Below, piece by piece: positions 1 through 9,320 of a stretch of DNA of 64,000 bases. Made by a program: the position numbers and the translations under genes. Source of the DNA: Bdellovibrionales bacterium (lineage in GTDB: Bacteria; Bdellovibrionota; Bdellovibrionia; Bdellovibrionales; JAGQZY01); contig CBDCNX010000002.1 in assembly GCA_965219545.1 (NCBI GenBank), forward strand, positions 20,761-84,760, in the 5' to 3' direction. The notes under the pieces were generated by a model. That model saw nothing but the letters and a program-made list of their open reading frames with translations. It had not been told where the DNA came from and did not search any database. Within the stretch, counting starts at the first letter, position 1, and each line of letters opens with the position of its first letter.

Positions 1-432
1 AACTTTGAATTTCGCTCCACACTTTTTACCCGTGAAGTCTCCCTGGCCGTCCACAAACGATTGAAACAATACTATGACTGGAACGAAGAGGAGTCTTCCC
101 AAAAATTAAGCAAACGCATGGATGAAATGAACAACAAAACCAAAATCTGGCTGAGTTTTTATACCCCAAGTGGAAAAGACAACAATCTCTCCAATAAAAG
201 GTCCATCTGGAAAATTTACATTTTCAATCAGGGCCAACGCTATGAGGGAAAACCCTATCCCGCCAATGCCAACCTCAGTGCGGCCAAGGCCCTTATGCCC
301 TATCATTCCCGCTGGACCACGGCTTATTATGTGGATTTTCCGGTTCCCACGGATCAATTACAAGGTTCTGTCAAACTGGTCATCACAGGTCCCCTGGGTC
401 GCAGGGAAGTGAATTTTCCATACCAAAACTGA
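1..432 (+). CDS. hypothetical protein, C-terminal part (5' end outside window)
   Basis: Frame 1 is open from base 1 to the stop at 430-432. No family motif recognised. Confidence 0.4.
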   Translation, partial: NFEFRSTLFTREVSLAVHKRLKQYYDWNEEESSQKLSKRMDEMNNKTKIWLSFYTPSGKDNNLSNKRSIWKIYIFNQGQRYEGKPYPANANLSAAKALMPYHSRWTTAYYVDFPVPTDQLQGSVKLVITGPLGRREVNFPYQN

Positions 433-450
433 TGGTCCAGAACAGGTTCT

Positions 451-531
451 GTGACCTTCATTCAACGATTCGGGGGAAGCCTTAATCTCAATATCCATTT
501 TCACATGATGTTCCCTGATGGAGTCTACAGC
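451..531 (+). pseudogene. IS91-family transposase relic (about 27 codons)
   Basis: Translates to VTFIQRFGGSLNLNIHFHMMFPDGVYS. This resembles the conserved FG..LN.N.HFH.L..DGV block of IS91/IS801-type transposases. It has no start codon and no remainder of the gene. Confidence 0.45.
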
Positions 532-555
532 TTTTTTGGATCATCCCACTATAAA

Positions 556-2223
556 TTACAGCGAGTAAATGTACACGGCCCCTGAATCTTTCGTATCATC
601 ATTTGTTTGATCCCCTCCAATCCCGGTGGCGTTACTGTCCTCTTCAGGAGCTCCTACCGCCAGGGTGTTTCCGTCAGCACTTAAGCTCAATGAGTAACCA
701 AACCCATCACCAATCTTTGAATTTGTAGCTTTGACATACTCCTTCTGGATCCACTTTTTTTCATCATTTTTTGCAAAGATGTACACGGCTCCTGAGTTCC
801 AAGTTTCCCATGATGCATCATTTGTCTGATCCCCTCCAGTCCCGGTGGCGTTACTGTCCTCTTCAGAAGCTCCTACCGCCAGGGTGTTTCCGTCAGCACT
901 TAAGCTCAATGAGTAACCAAACCTATCCTTCTCTTCTGTATTTGAAGCTTTAATATACTCCTGTTGGATCCACTTTTTTTCATCATTTCTTGCAAAGATA
1001 TAAACGGCCCCTGAATCTTCCGTATCATTATTTGTCTGATCCCCTCCAGTCCCGGTGGCATTACTGTCTTCTCCATGAGCTCCTACCGCCAGGGTGTTTC
1101 CATCAGCACTTAAACCCAGTGAGTAACCAAACTCATCCCCCTCTTCTGTATTTGAAGCTTTAATATACTCCTGTCGGATCCACTTTTTTTCATCATTTTT
1201 TGCAAAGATGTACACGGCTCCTGAGTTTCTTTTATCATTATTTGTCTGATCCCCTCCAGTCCCGGTGGCGTTACTGTCTTCTCCATGAGCTCCTACCGCC
1301 AGGGTGTTTCCGTCAGCACTTAAGCTCAATGAGTAACCAAACTCATCAAAACCCCATTCGTTTGAAGCTTTAATATACTCCTGTTGGATCCACTTTTTTT
1401 CATCATTTTTTGCAAAGATGTACACGGCTCCTGAGTTTCTAGTTTTGCTTCCATCAACACCACCATCTTCCCGAAAAGCTCCTACCGCCAAGGTGTTTCC
1501 GTCAGCACTTAAACCCAACGAAATACCAAAATAATCCATCTCATCTGTATTTGAAGCTTTAATATACTCCTGTTGGGTCCACCTTTTTTCATCATTTCTT
1601 GCAAAGATATAAACGGCCCCTGAATCTTCCGTATCATTATTTGTCTGATCCCCTCCAGTCCCGGTGGCGTTACTGTCTTCTCCATGAGCTCCTACCGCCA
1701 GGGTGTTTCCGTCAGCACTTAAACCCAATGAAATACCAAAATAATCCCCCTCATCTGTATTTGAAGCTTTGATATAGGCCTGCTGAACCCATCCCTCTTG
1801 ATTTTTTATAAAGACATAAACAGCTCCTGAGTCTTCTTTTTCCCATATATCTTTTATTTGTTCAGTAACCCATGAAACAAGGAAAATTGAATCTTCCTGA
1901 TTGTTTTTTATTCCCGTGCCACTACTGTCTTCCCAAAAAGCTCCTACCGCCAGGGTGTTTCCGTCAGCACTTAAGCTCAATGAGTAACCAAACCTATCCT
2001 TCTCTTCCGTATTTGAAGCCTTCACATAAAAAATCACTTCTTCCAGATTTTCAAAACTGGCTGCCATTTTTCGTTTGGGAACAACCAAAAAAGAGGAGGA
2101 TTTGACGGATGGATCAATTGTTTTTGGGCGAGTTGAACAACGACAGAAAAAATAAAAAATTGAAATAATCAAAATACCGGAAAAAATTTTTGTTGTTCTG
2201 AAACTGTATTGATTTGAAACCAT
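556..2223 (-). CDS. secreted FG-GAP-repeat beta-propeller protein (7 blades)
   Basis: Hydrophobic N-terminus. Seven repeats of about 70 aa carry FGYSLSLSADGNTLAVGA...EDSNATGTGGDQTNN..SGAVYIF, the classic FG-GAP/integrin-alpha-like repeat signature. Confidence 0.8.
   Translation of the reverse strand: MVSNQYSFRTTKIFSGILIISIFYFFCRCSTRPKTIDPSVKSSSFLVVPKRKMAASFENLEEVIFYVKASNTEEKDRFGYSLSLSADGNTLAVGAFWEDSSGTGIKNNQEDSIFLVSWVTEQIKDIWEKEDSGAVYVFIKNQEGWVQQAYIKASNTDEGDYFGISLGLSADGNTLAVGAHGEDSNATGTGGDQTNNDTEDSGAVYIFARNDEKRWTQQEYIKASNTDEMDYFGISLGLSADGNTLAVGAFREDGGVDGSKTRNSGAVYIFAKNDEKKWIQQEYIKASNEWGFDEFGYSLSLSADGNTLAVGAHGEDSNATGTGGDQTNNDKRNSGAVYIFAKNDEKKWIRQEYIKASNTEEGDEFGYSLGLSADGNTLAVGAHGEDSNATGTGGDQTNNDTEDSGAVYIFARNDEKKWIQQEYIKASNTEEKDRFGYSLSLSADGNTLAVGASEEDSNATGTGGDQTNDASWETWNSGAVYIFAKNDEKKWIQKEYVKATNSKIGDGFGYSLSLSADGNTLAVGAPEEDSNATGIGGDQTNDDTKDSGAVYIYSL
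640..2000 (-). repeat. near-identical coding tandem repeats, period mostly 210 bp (189-252)
   Basis: The string ctcctaccgccagggtgtttcc(g/a)tcagcactta recurs at 651, 870, 1080, 1290, 1479, 1689 and 1941. Confidence 0.85.
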
Positions 2224-2235
2224 TTTCCTTCCCCG

Positions 2236-2682
2236 TTATTGTTGGCTCTTGCATAAGATATTTTTCATGTGACTTTGAGAGACCACTTGTTTTAAATTGA
2301 TATCTCTTTTGTTCCTACCCCTGCTCATACGGGAAAAAACTTCATAATGGTTTTTAACCAATTTTCCATCTAAATTTTTGATCCGATAACCCTGCAAACT
2401 GACCATACTTTTCCCCAATCTACGGGCAAAATAACCCACAAAGGCATCAGTGAATGCTGCTCTTTGCTCAGAAGTGGCTTTCCTCCACTCTCTATTCCCA
2501 AGAACCTGACGGGCCATGGCTGTCACATCACAGTTTGCCTCAATAATCCTTCTCAGTTCAGCATTTCTTTGATCCTCAGGTCTGTCGGAACCGGCTGTCT
2601 TGATGACATTCCCCAAAATCTTACGCACCTGCTCTTCAGCCATCTCCGCAGGCCCCGCCATGGATGGAAAAACAAAAAACAT
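2236..2682 (-). pseudogene. MlaC/Ttg2D-like phospholipid-binding protein, probably truncated
   Basis: Paralogous to 23431..24141 (CDVTAMARQVLGNREW...QRAAFTDAFVGYFARRL versus CDMTTIARNVLGEEHW...QRSAFVRAFTGYFARKL). It lacks a signal peptide, and its last ~15 codons are encoded by a dispersed repeat (2261..2295). Confidence 0.5.
2261..2295. repeat. partial copy of dispersed repeat variant (..TTTTTCATGTGACTTTGAGAGACCACTTGTTTTAA)
   Basis: Same string as at 25780-25812 and 48890-48910. Confidence 0.7.
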
Positions 2683-2734
2683 ATCCCACCATACCTTGTT
2701 TTCGGTTTTTTGGTTTCATTTCATAAATAAAATT

Positions 2735-5428
2735 TTACAAGTTTGAGTAAGGGGGACGGATTTTACCGGACTTTTTGTGGGAACTGTAACGGACAGCTTT
2801 TTCAGGACTCACCACGGACCAACTGATTTTCCCAGACAAAGGGGCTTTTTTTTGAATAAAATTTTTAATTCTAAAAGCCCAGGACTTTTTGCCCGGTTCC
2901 CCTTTCCAACTGAGAAACAACTGATTTTCAGCCCGGGTCATGGCCACATAAAGAATCCTTAAAAATTCCTCTTTTTCCCTTTCAAGTTTTTGATCAATCA
3001 CCAGTCTTTCAAAAACACCACCCTTAAAGACCCCGGGTTCCCCCAATTCCAACCTCAAAGACCACAGTCCATAGTCCTCATGAATGGAAAGATCCTGAAA
3101 AGTGGAACCACGGAAAGCTTTGTGCAGAAAAGGCATAAAAACATATTTGAATTCCAGTCCCTTGGAGGCGTGAATGGTCATTAAATGAATTTTATCCGGC
3201 TCCACTGAAGAATGGGCCTCTGAAACATCACCAAAATTTTCAAGATCTCCGGTGGACTGAAAACCCTCATTAACCAGTTTCAGTAAGCTTTGACCGGGTT
3301 GCCTTGAGTTTTTTTCCACCAGGTTAATGAGTTTCCAGAGATTGGCTTCCGTTTTCCCCGTGTTATCCGTATAAAAACTGAAGTCCAAAAAACCCAGATC
3401 AATAAGAGCTTTTCGGAAACACCAACCCACTCCAAAGTGCTTTTTATTTTCCAAAGCCCGACAGAGAATTTGTCCTGACCTCAGGTTTTTTTGATCCCGG
3501 AAAAATTTCTCAAAAAGAGACCAGAAAGAATATCTCCTGTCACCAATAACATCCATAAGCTGTTGGTCACCCAATCCCACCCACGGACTTCTTAACAGGA
3601 GAATCAGGTTGTCATCATCCCAGGGGTTGAGTAAAAATTTCAAAAGCCCCATGGCATCAAGAATTTCCCGACGCTTAAAAAACTGACCATGGCCATGAGA
3701 GATGACAGGAAAACCAAGCCCTGACAATTCTTTCCGGACTTTATCCACTCCATCATGGGTCCGGCTGAGAACACAAATATCCCTGGGACTGACCCCCTTT
3801 CTAAGAAGTTCGCTGATCTGCCCCGAAATGTGATAAACTTCAGCCAGCTCTTCCTCTGAATTGATTTCTGAAATTTCAACAGCAATCCCATGGCTTTCAT
3901 TTCCATGAACAGGTTCCATGGAAGAATATTCCCCGTATCCTGCCTTTTCCTGTTGGGTTATTTCCCCGGAAAAGTTCCCCGTGTTTTCGCCGGAAAGGGG
4001 TGGGTGTTTTTTAAAAAGATCGGGAAAAAAATCATTAAAAAATTTCACAAGATCGGCCCGGGATCGGTAATTTTTTTTAAGATTTCTGATTTCCCCCTCT
4101 GATTCAAAGACCTGCTTCTGTTTGTTTTCAAAAACCTCACTTCTCGCCCCTCTGAAAAAATAAATGGATTGCAGGGGATCCCCAACCAGATAATAAGCTT
4201 TTTCAGCAATCAACCTGTTCAGGATCTCAAGTTGCAGGGGGCTTGTATCCTGAAACTCATCAACAAACCAGACATCAATGTCATTGGAAAAATTTCGGGC
4301 CTTGTTTGGATATCGTCTGATAAGCTCAAGGGAAAAAAACTCAAGGTCATTGGGCTCAAGAGCCACCTCCTGTTTTTTACGGGCTATCAATTTATCTGTA
4401 AAGATATGGGCAAATCCGTTAAATTCCCCAAGTTGACTGACAATTTCCGGCCAGTGTTTTGGGTCAAATTCCTCTTTTTTAAGAAAGTCATCAAGAGTTT
4501 TTAAAATTTCATCCAAATCTTTTTTTTGTTCATCAGAAAGTCCCGGATTGTTTTTTGACTTTCTTGGTTTATTAAGTCTTTCTTTCAAGGTGACAAGGAT
4601 TTCACGCTTTTTCACCCATCCCTGCTGTTCAGAATTGTCATCAGTTTCCACCTTGCGGGTTGCCGGGGATTCGGAAATTTTGGTGTCCGCAAAAGAAATT
4701 TCACGGGAAGGGGGAGTCCCGGAAAGCTGTTTGATCAACCCTTCCAGATTTTTCCAGTATTCCCTCCATTTTTCAGTAGTCAGACCGGGGGAGGCCCCGT
4801 TTATGAATTCCCTTAACTTCCAGGCGATCTTCCGGCAATAATTCCGATAGAGAGTTCCAAAATCCCGAATCTCCAAAGGTCTGTATGATTGAATCTTTCC
4901 GTCGGGCCTGGGGTCGGGAGCCGTACGAATCCCCAAGGGTCTGTACGACTGGAACCAGTAAATGGATTCAAATTCACAGAGACTGTCCAATAAACGGGAA
5001 ATTCCAAAGGAACCCAGAAAACCCGGAACCTGTTCCCGGATTAACAAGTCTTTCAAAATCTGTCGTCTCCAGAAAGTGACCTGATTTTTGTCCACAATTT
5101 GAATTTCACTGGCCAACCCCACAGCCCCACCATAACGGGTCAAAAAAGTATGAAACAAACCATGCATGGTGGTGATACTTAAAAAACTCCTGGATTGAAC
5201 AAACTCAAGGGCCTGGGGTTTTTCCCTGAAAGAATAGGTCAGCAGACGTTCTTTAAGTTCCTGGGTGGCCTTTCGGGTGAAGGTGGTTAAAACAGTTTTT
5301 GGCCATCTTCCATGACTCTGTTTAAATTCAAGGGCCTGATCCACAACCTGATAAATAAGATTTGTGGTTTTTCCGGCACCCGCTCCGGCCCTGACAAATG
5401 TTTCCCTTACTTTTGACATACTTCTCAA
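2735..5428 (-). CDS. UvrD/Rep/PcrA-family ATP-dependent DNA helicase
   Basis: Walker A GAGAGKTT, motif II VDEFQDTSPLQ, motif III VGDPLQSIYFFRGA, NYRS, TIHASKGLEF and YVAMTRAENQL. Confidence 0.85.
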   Translation of the reverse strand: MRSMSKVRETFVRAGAGAGKTTNLIYQVVDQALEFKQSHGRWPKTVLTTFTRKATQELKERLLTYSFREKPQALEFVQSRSFLSITTMHGLFHTFLTRYGGAVGLASEIQIVDKNQVTFWRRQILKDLLIREQVPGFLGSFGISRLLDSLCEFESIYWFQSYRPLGIRTAPDPRPDGKIQSYRPLEIRDFGTLYRNYCRKIAWKLREFINGASPGLTTEKWREYWKNLEGLIKQLSGTPPSREISFADTKISESPATRKVETDDNSEQQGWVKKREILVTLKERLNKPRKSKNNPGLSDEQKKDLDEILKTLDDFLKKEEFDPKHWPEIVSQLGEFNGFAHIFTDKLIARKKQEVALEPNDLEFFSLELIRRYPNKARNFSNDIDVWFVDEFQDTSPLQLEILNRLIAEKAYYLVGDPLQSIYFFRGARSEVFENKQKQVFESEGEIRNLKKNYRSRADLVKFFNDFFPDLFKKHPPLSGENTGNFSGEITQQEKAGYGEYSSMEPVHGNESHGIAVEISEINSEEELAEVYHISGQISELLRKGVSPRDICVLSRTHDGVDKVRKELSGLGFPVISHGHGQFFKRREILDAMGLLKFLLNPWDDDNLILLLRSPWVGLGDQQLMDVIGDRRYSFWSLFEKFFRDQKNLRSGQILCRALENKKHFGVGWCFRKALIDLGFLDFSFYTDNTGKTEANLWKLINLVEKNSRQPGQSLLKLVNEGFQSTGDLENFGDVSEAHSSVEPDKIHLMTIHASKGLEFKYVFMPFLHKAFRGSTFQDLSIHEDYGLWSLRLELGEPGVFKGGVFERLVIDQKLEREKEEFLRILYVAMTRAENQLFLSWKGEPGKKSWAFRIKNFIQKKAPLSGKISWSVVSPEKAVRYSSHKKSGKIRPPYSNL

Positions 5429-5441
5429 TATCCAACAGGTT

Positions 5442-5515
5442 TATACTGGTCCGGTTTGAATTTTCATGGAATTTCTCTATGAAAAAAACATAAAAAACAA
5501 ATGGTCTTCAGTATA
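5442..5515. repeat. 74-bp palindromic intergenic repeat (family R1)
   Basis: TATACTGG..GTTTGAATTTTCATGGAATTTCTCTATGAAA..AAATGGTCTTCAGTATA. Inverted termini TATACTGA/TCAGTATA and an internal TTTTCATG..CATGAAAA palindrome. Confidence 0.85.
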
Positions 5516-5518
5516 AGA

Positions 5519-5562
5519 TATACTGAATATCTTTTGTTTTTCATAAGAAACCCTTTGTTTTA
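5519..5562. repeat. R1-variant half element (TATACTGAA..TTTTTCATAAGA.ACC..TTGTTTTA)
   Basis: Abuts the R1 copy. Aligns with 48865-48910. Confidence 0.6.
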
Positions 5563-5627
5563 CACCAAACATTACCAACAAGCCGACCCTGAAAAAGTCT
5601 TACCTGAAACTGTTTTCAGATTCCTTT

Positions 5628-6734
5628 TTACAAGGGATATTTTTTGGCATTTTTCTTCATTTTCCGGATCAGGCAATCACTGAGATCAAAACCATGGAGT
5701 TGGCAAAAACGGAGAAGACAAAAAAACACATCGGCCAGTTCATCACCCACAGCTTTTTTCTTTTCGAGATCGGTTAACATTTGAGACACCTCTTTGGGGT
5801 CCTGAAACCGGAACAATTCCAAAAGTTCTGAAGCCTCAGTGACAACTCCAATAGCCAGATCCTTGGCATTGTGAAAAGGATCCCAACCCCTTTCATCACA
5901 AAACAGTTTGACCCGTTCCTTGAGATAATCCACCGACAGGGTTTTATCGTTTTTATCAAAGTCCTTGAGGTGCTGAATCATCCGGGGCATCAGATCCCTG
6001 TGACAGGCGATCACCCCACCGTTTAAATACCCCGGCTTTCCATAGGTCATTGCATCCAGACTGTCCACTCCGTAAAGGAGACAACCAGCCTCTTCCAGAA
6101 GAATCTGGGCAGCCGCCGTATCCCACTCACTTGTGGGACCAAAACGGAGATAAATATCCACCTTCCCCATGGCAATATCACAAAATTTCAGGGCTGAGCC
6201 TTTTTCCACAATTTTTGTAATGTTTAATGTTTTAATAAATTTTTCCGCTGGAAGGTTTTTACGCAATTCTCCACAATAAATGGAAAAAGCCCCATCTGGT
6301 TTTTTTGAATGAATTTTTTGATTTTCACAGAAAGCCCCAAGACCTTTTTGAGCCCAAAAAAGACGGGAATTGATGGGATCATAGATGGCTCCATAATAGG
6401 GTTTTCCCTCCAAAAGAAGGCTTACACAAATGGCAAACTCCGGTTCACCACGGGCAAAATACTTGGTTCCATCCAGGGGATCCACCAGAAAATAGGGATT
6501 TTGACCAAATGGCGGGTTTTTAGGCAAAAACTCCTCACTGACAATGGGATAACCAAAAACCCCAAGGTCCTGCACAAGAGTTTCACTGATTTTTATATCC
6601 GCAGGAGTCACAGGGGTGTTGTCTGCTTTTGTCCTGGCTTTTCTCATGGCCGGATCGTCCATGAGTTTTTCAAGAAGATTCCCCGATCGACGGACAATGG
6701 CATTGGCTTTTTCAATAAAATCCCCGGGAATCAT
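5628..6734 (-). CDS. fusion protein: CysQ/inositol-monophosphatase-family phosphatase plus C-terminal MazG-like nucleotide pyrophosphohydrolase
   Basis: The N-terminal ~260 aa carry VDPLDGT and SEWDTAAAQ (IMPase/CysQ motifs). The C-terminal ~100 aa carry [23 protein letters not shown]...[12 protein letters not shown]...[10 protein letters not shown] (MazG-like). Confidence 0.75.
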   Translation of the reverse strand: MIPGDFIEKANAIVRRSGNLLEKLMDDPAMRKARTKADNTPVTPADIKISETLVQDLGVFGYPIVSEEFLPKNPPFGQNPYFLVDPLDGTKYFARGEPEFAICVSLLLEGKPYYGAIYDPINSRLFWAQKGLGAFCENQKIHSKKPDGAFSIYCGELRKNLPAEKFIKTLNITKIVEKGSALKFCDIAMGKVDIYLRFGPTSEWDTAAAQILLEEAGCLLYGVDSLDAMTYGKPGYLNGGVIACHRDLMPRMIQHLKDFDKNDKTLSVDYLKERVKLFCDERGWDPFHNAKDLAIGVVTEASELLELFRFQDPKEVSQMLTDLEKKKAVGDELADVFFCLLRFCQLHGFDLSDCLIRKMKKNAKKYPL

Positions 6735-6812
6735 GAATCTGTGTTATTGGAAGCTCCGCTAAATGTGAAGTTTTTATTGTTGGACACAGAGAAGCATGGT
6801 ATAGAGTTCCTC

Positions 6813-6992
6813 ATGGCTAAAAAAGGCAAAGTTAAAATTATCACTCTGGAATGCACCGAAGCCCGTGGTTTGGGTCGCCCCCCATCCCGTTACACCACCA
6901 AAAAAAACACCCAAACTCACACGGAACGCCTTGAAAAAAAGAAATACAACCCCTTTCTCAAAAAACACACCCTCCACAAAGAAGTGAAATAG
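6813..6992 (+). CDS. rpmG: 50S ribosomal protein L33
   Basis: [45 protein letters not shown], 59 aa. It is the tail of track ORF 6309..6992. The Cys ligands are partly replaced (non-zinc form). Confidence 0.85.
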   Translation: MAKKGKVKIITLECTEARGLGRPPSRYTTKKNTQTHTERLEKKKYNPFLKKHTLHKEVK

Positions 6993-7099
6993 GCCCCTTA
7001 AAAGAGTGATCCGTGCTTCAAAAACAGTTCTCCCCAACCTCTTGTTTTGCATTTTTTCTTTCGCAGGGAGTCAGGATGAAAAGATAGTATAGAACAAAA

Positions 7100-8155
7100 A
7101 TGACCAGTCACTCGGATTTGACCTTTATCACCAACGAAAACAGTCAGAATCTTCTGGAAAGATTCAAGGTTTTAATCAAAGATACGGAACTTTTCGACGT
7201 TCTGGTGGGTTATTTTTACACCAGTGGCTTTCATACCCTATACAAGTCCCTTGAGAGTACAAAGAAAATCCGTATTCTCATTGGCATTAGTACAAATAAA
7301 GAAACAGTGGACATAATAAGCCAAGTTGAAAAATCAAAACAATATGAAATGCAATTCTCCCATGCGGAGACAAAAAAGCATTTCTCAAGTCTTTTGGTTA
7401 GTGAAATGGAAAACTCCCAAGACAGCCAGGCTGTTGAAGAAGGGATCGTAAAGTTTGTGGATTGGTTAAGAAGTGGTCAATTGGAAATTAAAGCCTATCC
7501 CACAGAAAACCTTCACGCCAAGCTCTATATCATGTCTTTTCCTGAAGAGGACCGGGACGCAGGTCGTGTGATTACCGGTTCCAGCAATTTCACAAAATCA
7601 GGACTGGTGGATAATCTGGAATTTAACGTGGAACTTAAAAACAGAGCGGATTATGAGTTTGCAAAAAACAAATTTAATGAGCTTTGGGAAAACGCCGTGG
7701 ATGTCAAAGACAAGTATCTTGAAACCATCAGAGAAAAAACATGGTTGAATGATAGTATCACTCCCTATGAGCTTTACTTGAAATTTCTCTATGAATATTT
7801 TAAGGACGAACTTCACCAGATGGATGAGGTTTTGTTCAAATACATACCCCAGGGATTTAAGGAACTGGAATATCAGGAGCAAGCTGTTTTAAACGCCAAA
7901 AAGATCCTCAGTGAGTATGGAGGGGTTTTTGTTTCCGATGTTGTGGGGCTTGGAAAGACTTATGTCTCAGCCCTGCTTGCAAGCCAGTTAAACGACAGGA
8001 CTTTGGTTATAGCTCCTCCCATTTTACTTGATGAAACAAACCCCGGATCATGGAAAAATGTTTTTTCCGATTTTAAGGTGGCTGCTAACTTTGAATCTCT
8101 TGGGAAACTGGATCGTCTTATTTCCCAGGGAACAGAGAAATATAAAAAGAAATAA
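7100..8155 (+). pseudogene. PLD-domain / SNF2-family helicase, truncated after helicase motif I
   Basis: PLD HKD-like motif LHAKLYIM...GSSNFTKSGL, then LEYQEQAV...DVVGLGKTY (SNF2 Q motif and motif I). The ORF stops at 351 aa, before any DExH box or C-terminal helicase lobe. Confidence 0.7.
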
Positions 8156-8231
8156 AGAACTGTTTTTAAACGCCACAAATGAAGAGGAAAAAGAATTCAC
8201 CCAGCATCAGGGAAGAGGTCAGGACAGTTCT

Positions 8232-8516
8232 TTAAAGAGAGGTCTGACTTCCCGGTTCCACATAATAACGACGGTTTAAAAGGATTGTTCTGATTTCAGG
8301 ATTATCGGAAAACCTTGATTCAATGGCTGTTAGATAATTTCCAGGCGTTCTTGTATCTGCATCCATATGAGCAATAAAGTGTTGATCCAAATCTCTATGG
8401 GAAACAGCTTCCATGGCTTTTTCAAATCCAAGGTTTCTTAAAGCACCGATATTTCTTTCACGAAAACCCGGAGACACCCGATCGACAACAATGATCCTGA
8501 CCCCCAGTTCTTTCAA
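8232..8516 (-). pseudogene. family-2 glycosyltransferase fragment
   Basis: IIVVDRVSPG...RN.G...HMDADT resembles the GT2 DxD region. It is only 94 aa, and both ends appear to be missing. Confidence 0.4.
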
Positions 8517-8762
8517 ATAAATAATGCAGAAGTCGTTTTTTGACTATGTGCATTAAAATAGACCTTGATCTTCTCCCTGGAAACAGACGGATAGACAAAA
8601 AATTCCGGATGAGTTATACCAATCGTGTTTGAACATTCTATCTTAAAAGATAAAAACCCATGAATTTTCAAACAGAATAGTATAAAAAAGCCTGTATCTT
8701 CCAGAGGCCATAAAAAAGCGGAAACCTGAAAAGGACACCCGCCTTTGGGGAAAGGAAAAACA

Positions 8763-8957
8763 GTGAAACAAAAAACCCATTCAGGTTCCAAGAAGCGGTT
8801 TCGTGTGAAAAGCCGCCAGCAAATAAAACGGGCCCAAAGGGGCTTACGACATATCCTCAGTAACAAAAGCTCAAAAAGAAAGAGACACCTTGGGGATAAA
8901 GCCTATGTCCATCAAGCCAATCTCAAAAACATTCAAAAATGTTTAAATCTTTTTTAA
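8763..8957 (+). CDS. rpmI: 50S ribosomal protein L35
   Basis: (V)KQKTHSGSKKRFRVKS...HILSNKSSKRKRHL. A GTG at 8763 after GGAAAGGAAAAAC fits the usual L35 N-terminus better than the track start at 8745. Confidence 0.85.
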   Translation: MKQKTHSGSKKRFRVKSRQQIKRAQRGLRHILSNKSSKRKRHLGDKAYVHQANLKNIQKCLNLF

Positions 8958-8969
8958 AGGGAGCTTAAA

Positions 8970-9320
8970 ATGCGTGTAAAAAGAGGTTTTAAAGCCAGGA
9001 AACGACGAAACAGGGTTTTAGACAAAGCGGAAGGCTACCAGGGGGCGGGAAGTCGGGTTTTTTCCGTTGCCAAAGAAAAAAACGACCGTGGCATGGCCTA
9101 TGCCTACCGGGACCGTAAGGTGAGAAAAAGGGATTTTCGCAAACTTTGGATTATTCGTATCGCTGCTGCCGCCAAACTCAACGGAACCAGTTATTCAAAA
9201 CTCATGGGGGCCATTAACCAATCCAATATCAAATTGGATAGAAAAATTCTGGCCGATATGGCTGTCCATGATGCAGAAAGTTTTTCCCAAATTGTACAAC
9301 AAACCCTGTCCACCCACTGA
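8970..9320 (+). CDS. rplT: 50S ribosomal protein L20
   Basis: MRVKRGFKARKRRNRVL..AEGY.G...RVF..AKE....MAYAYRDRK.RKRDFRKLWI.RI.AAA. Confidence 0.95.
   Translation: MRVKRGFKARKRRNRVLDKAEGYQGAGSRVFSVAKEKNDRGMAYAYRDRKVRKRDFRKLWIIRIAAAAKLNGTSYSKLMGAINQSNIKLDRKILADMAVHDAESFSQIVQQTLSTH

Noticed and set aside
600-2000. Regularly spaced repeats as a possible CRISPR array
   Set aside because: The period (189-252 bp) is far too long, the units are contiguous with no unique spacers, and the whole region is one open reading frame encoding FG-GAP blades. The dispersed 74-bp R1 elements are also not arrayed. No CRISPR array is present.
6309-6812. The first ~168 codons of the 227-aa ORF 6309..6992
   Set aside because: This part is antisense to the CysQ-MazG gene and has no motifs. 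Only the last 59 codons (6813..6992), which have their own ATG, form a credible gene (L33).
8513-8866. 117-aa minus-strand ORF overlapping rpmI
   Set aside because: It overlaps the well-supported L35 gene and its leader on the opposite strand. No motifs.
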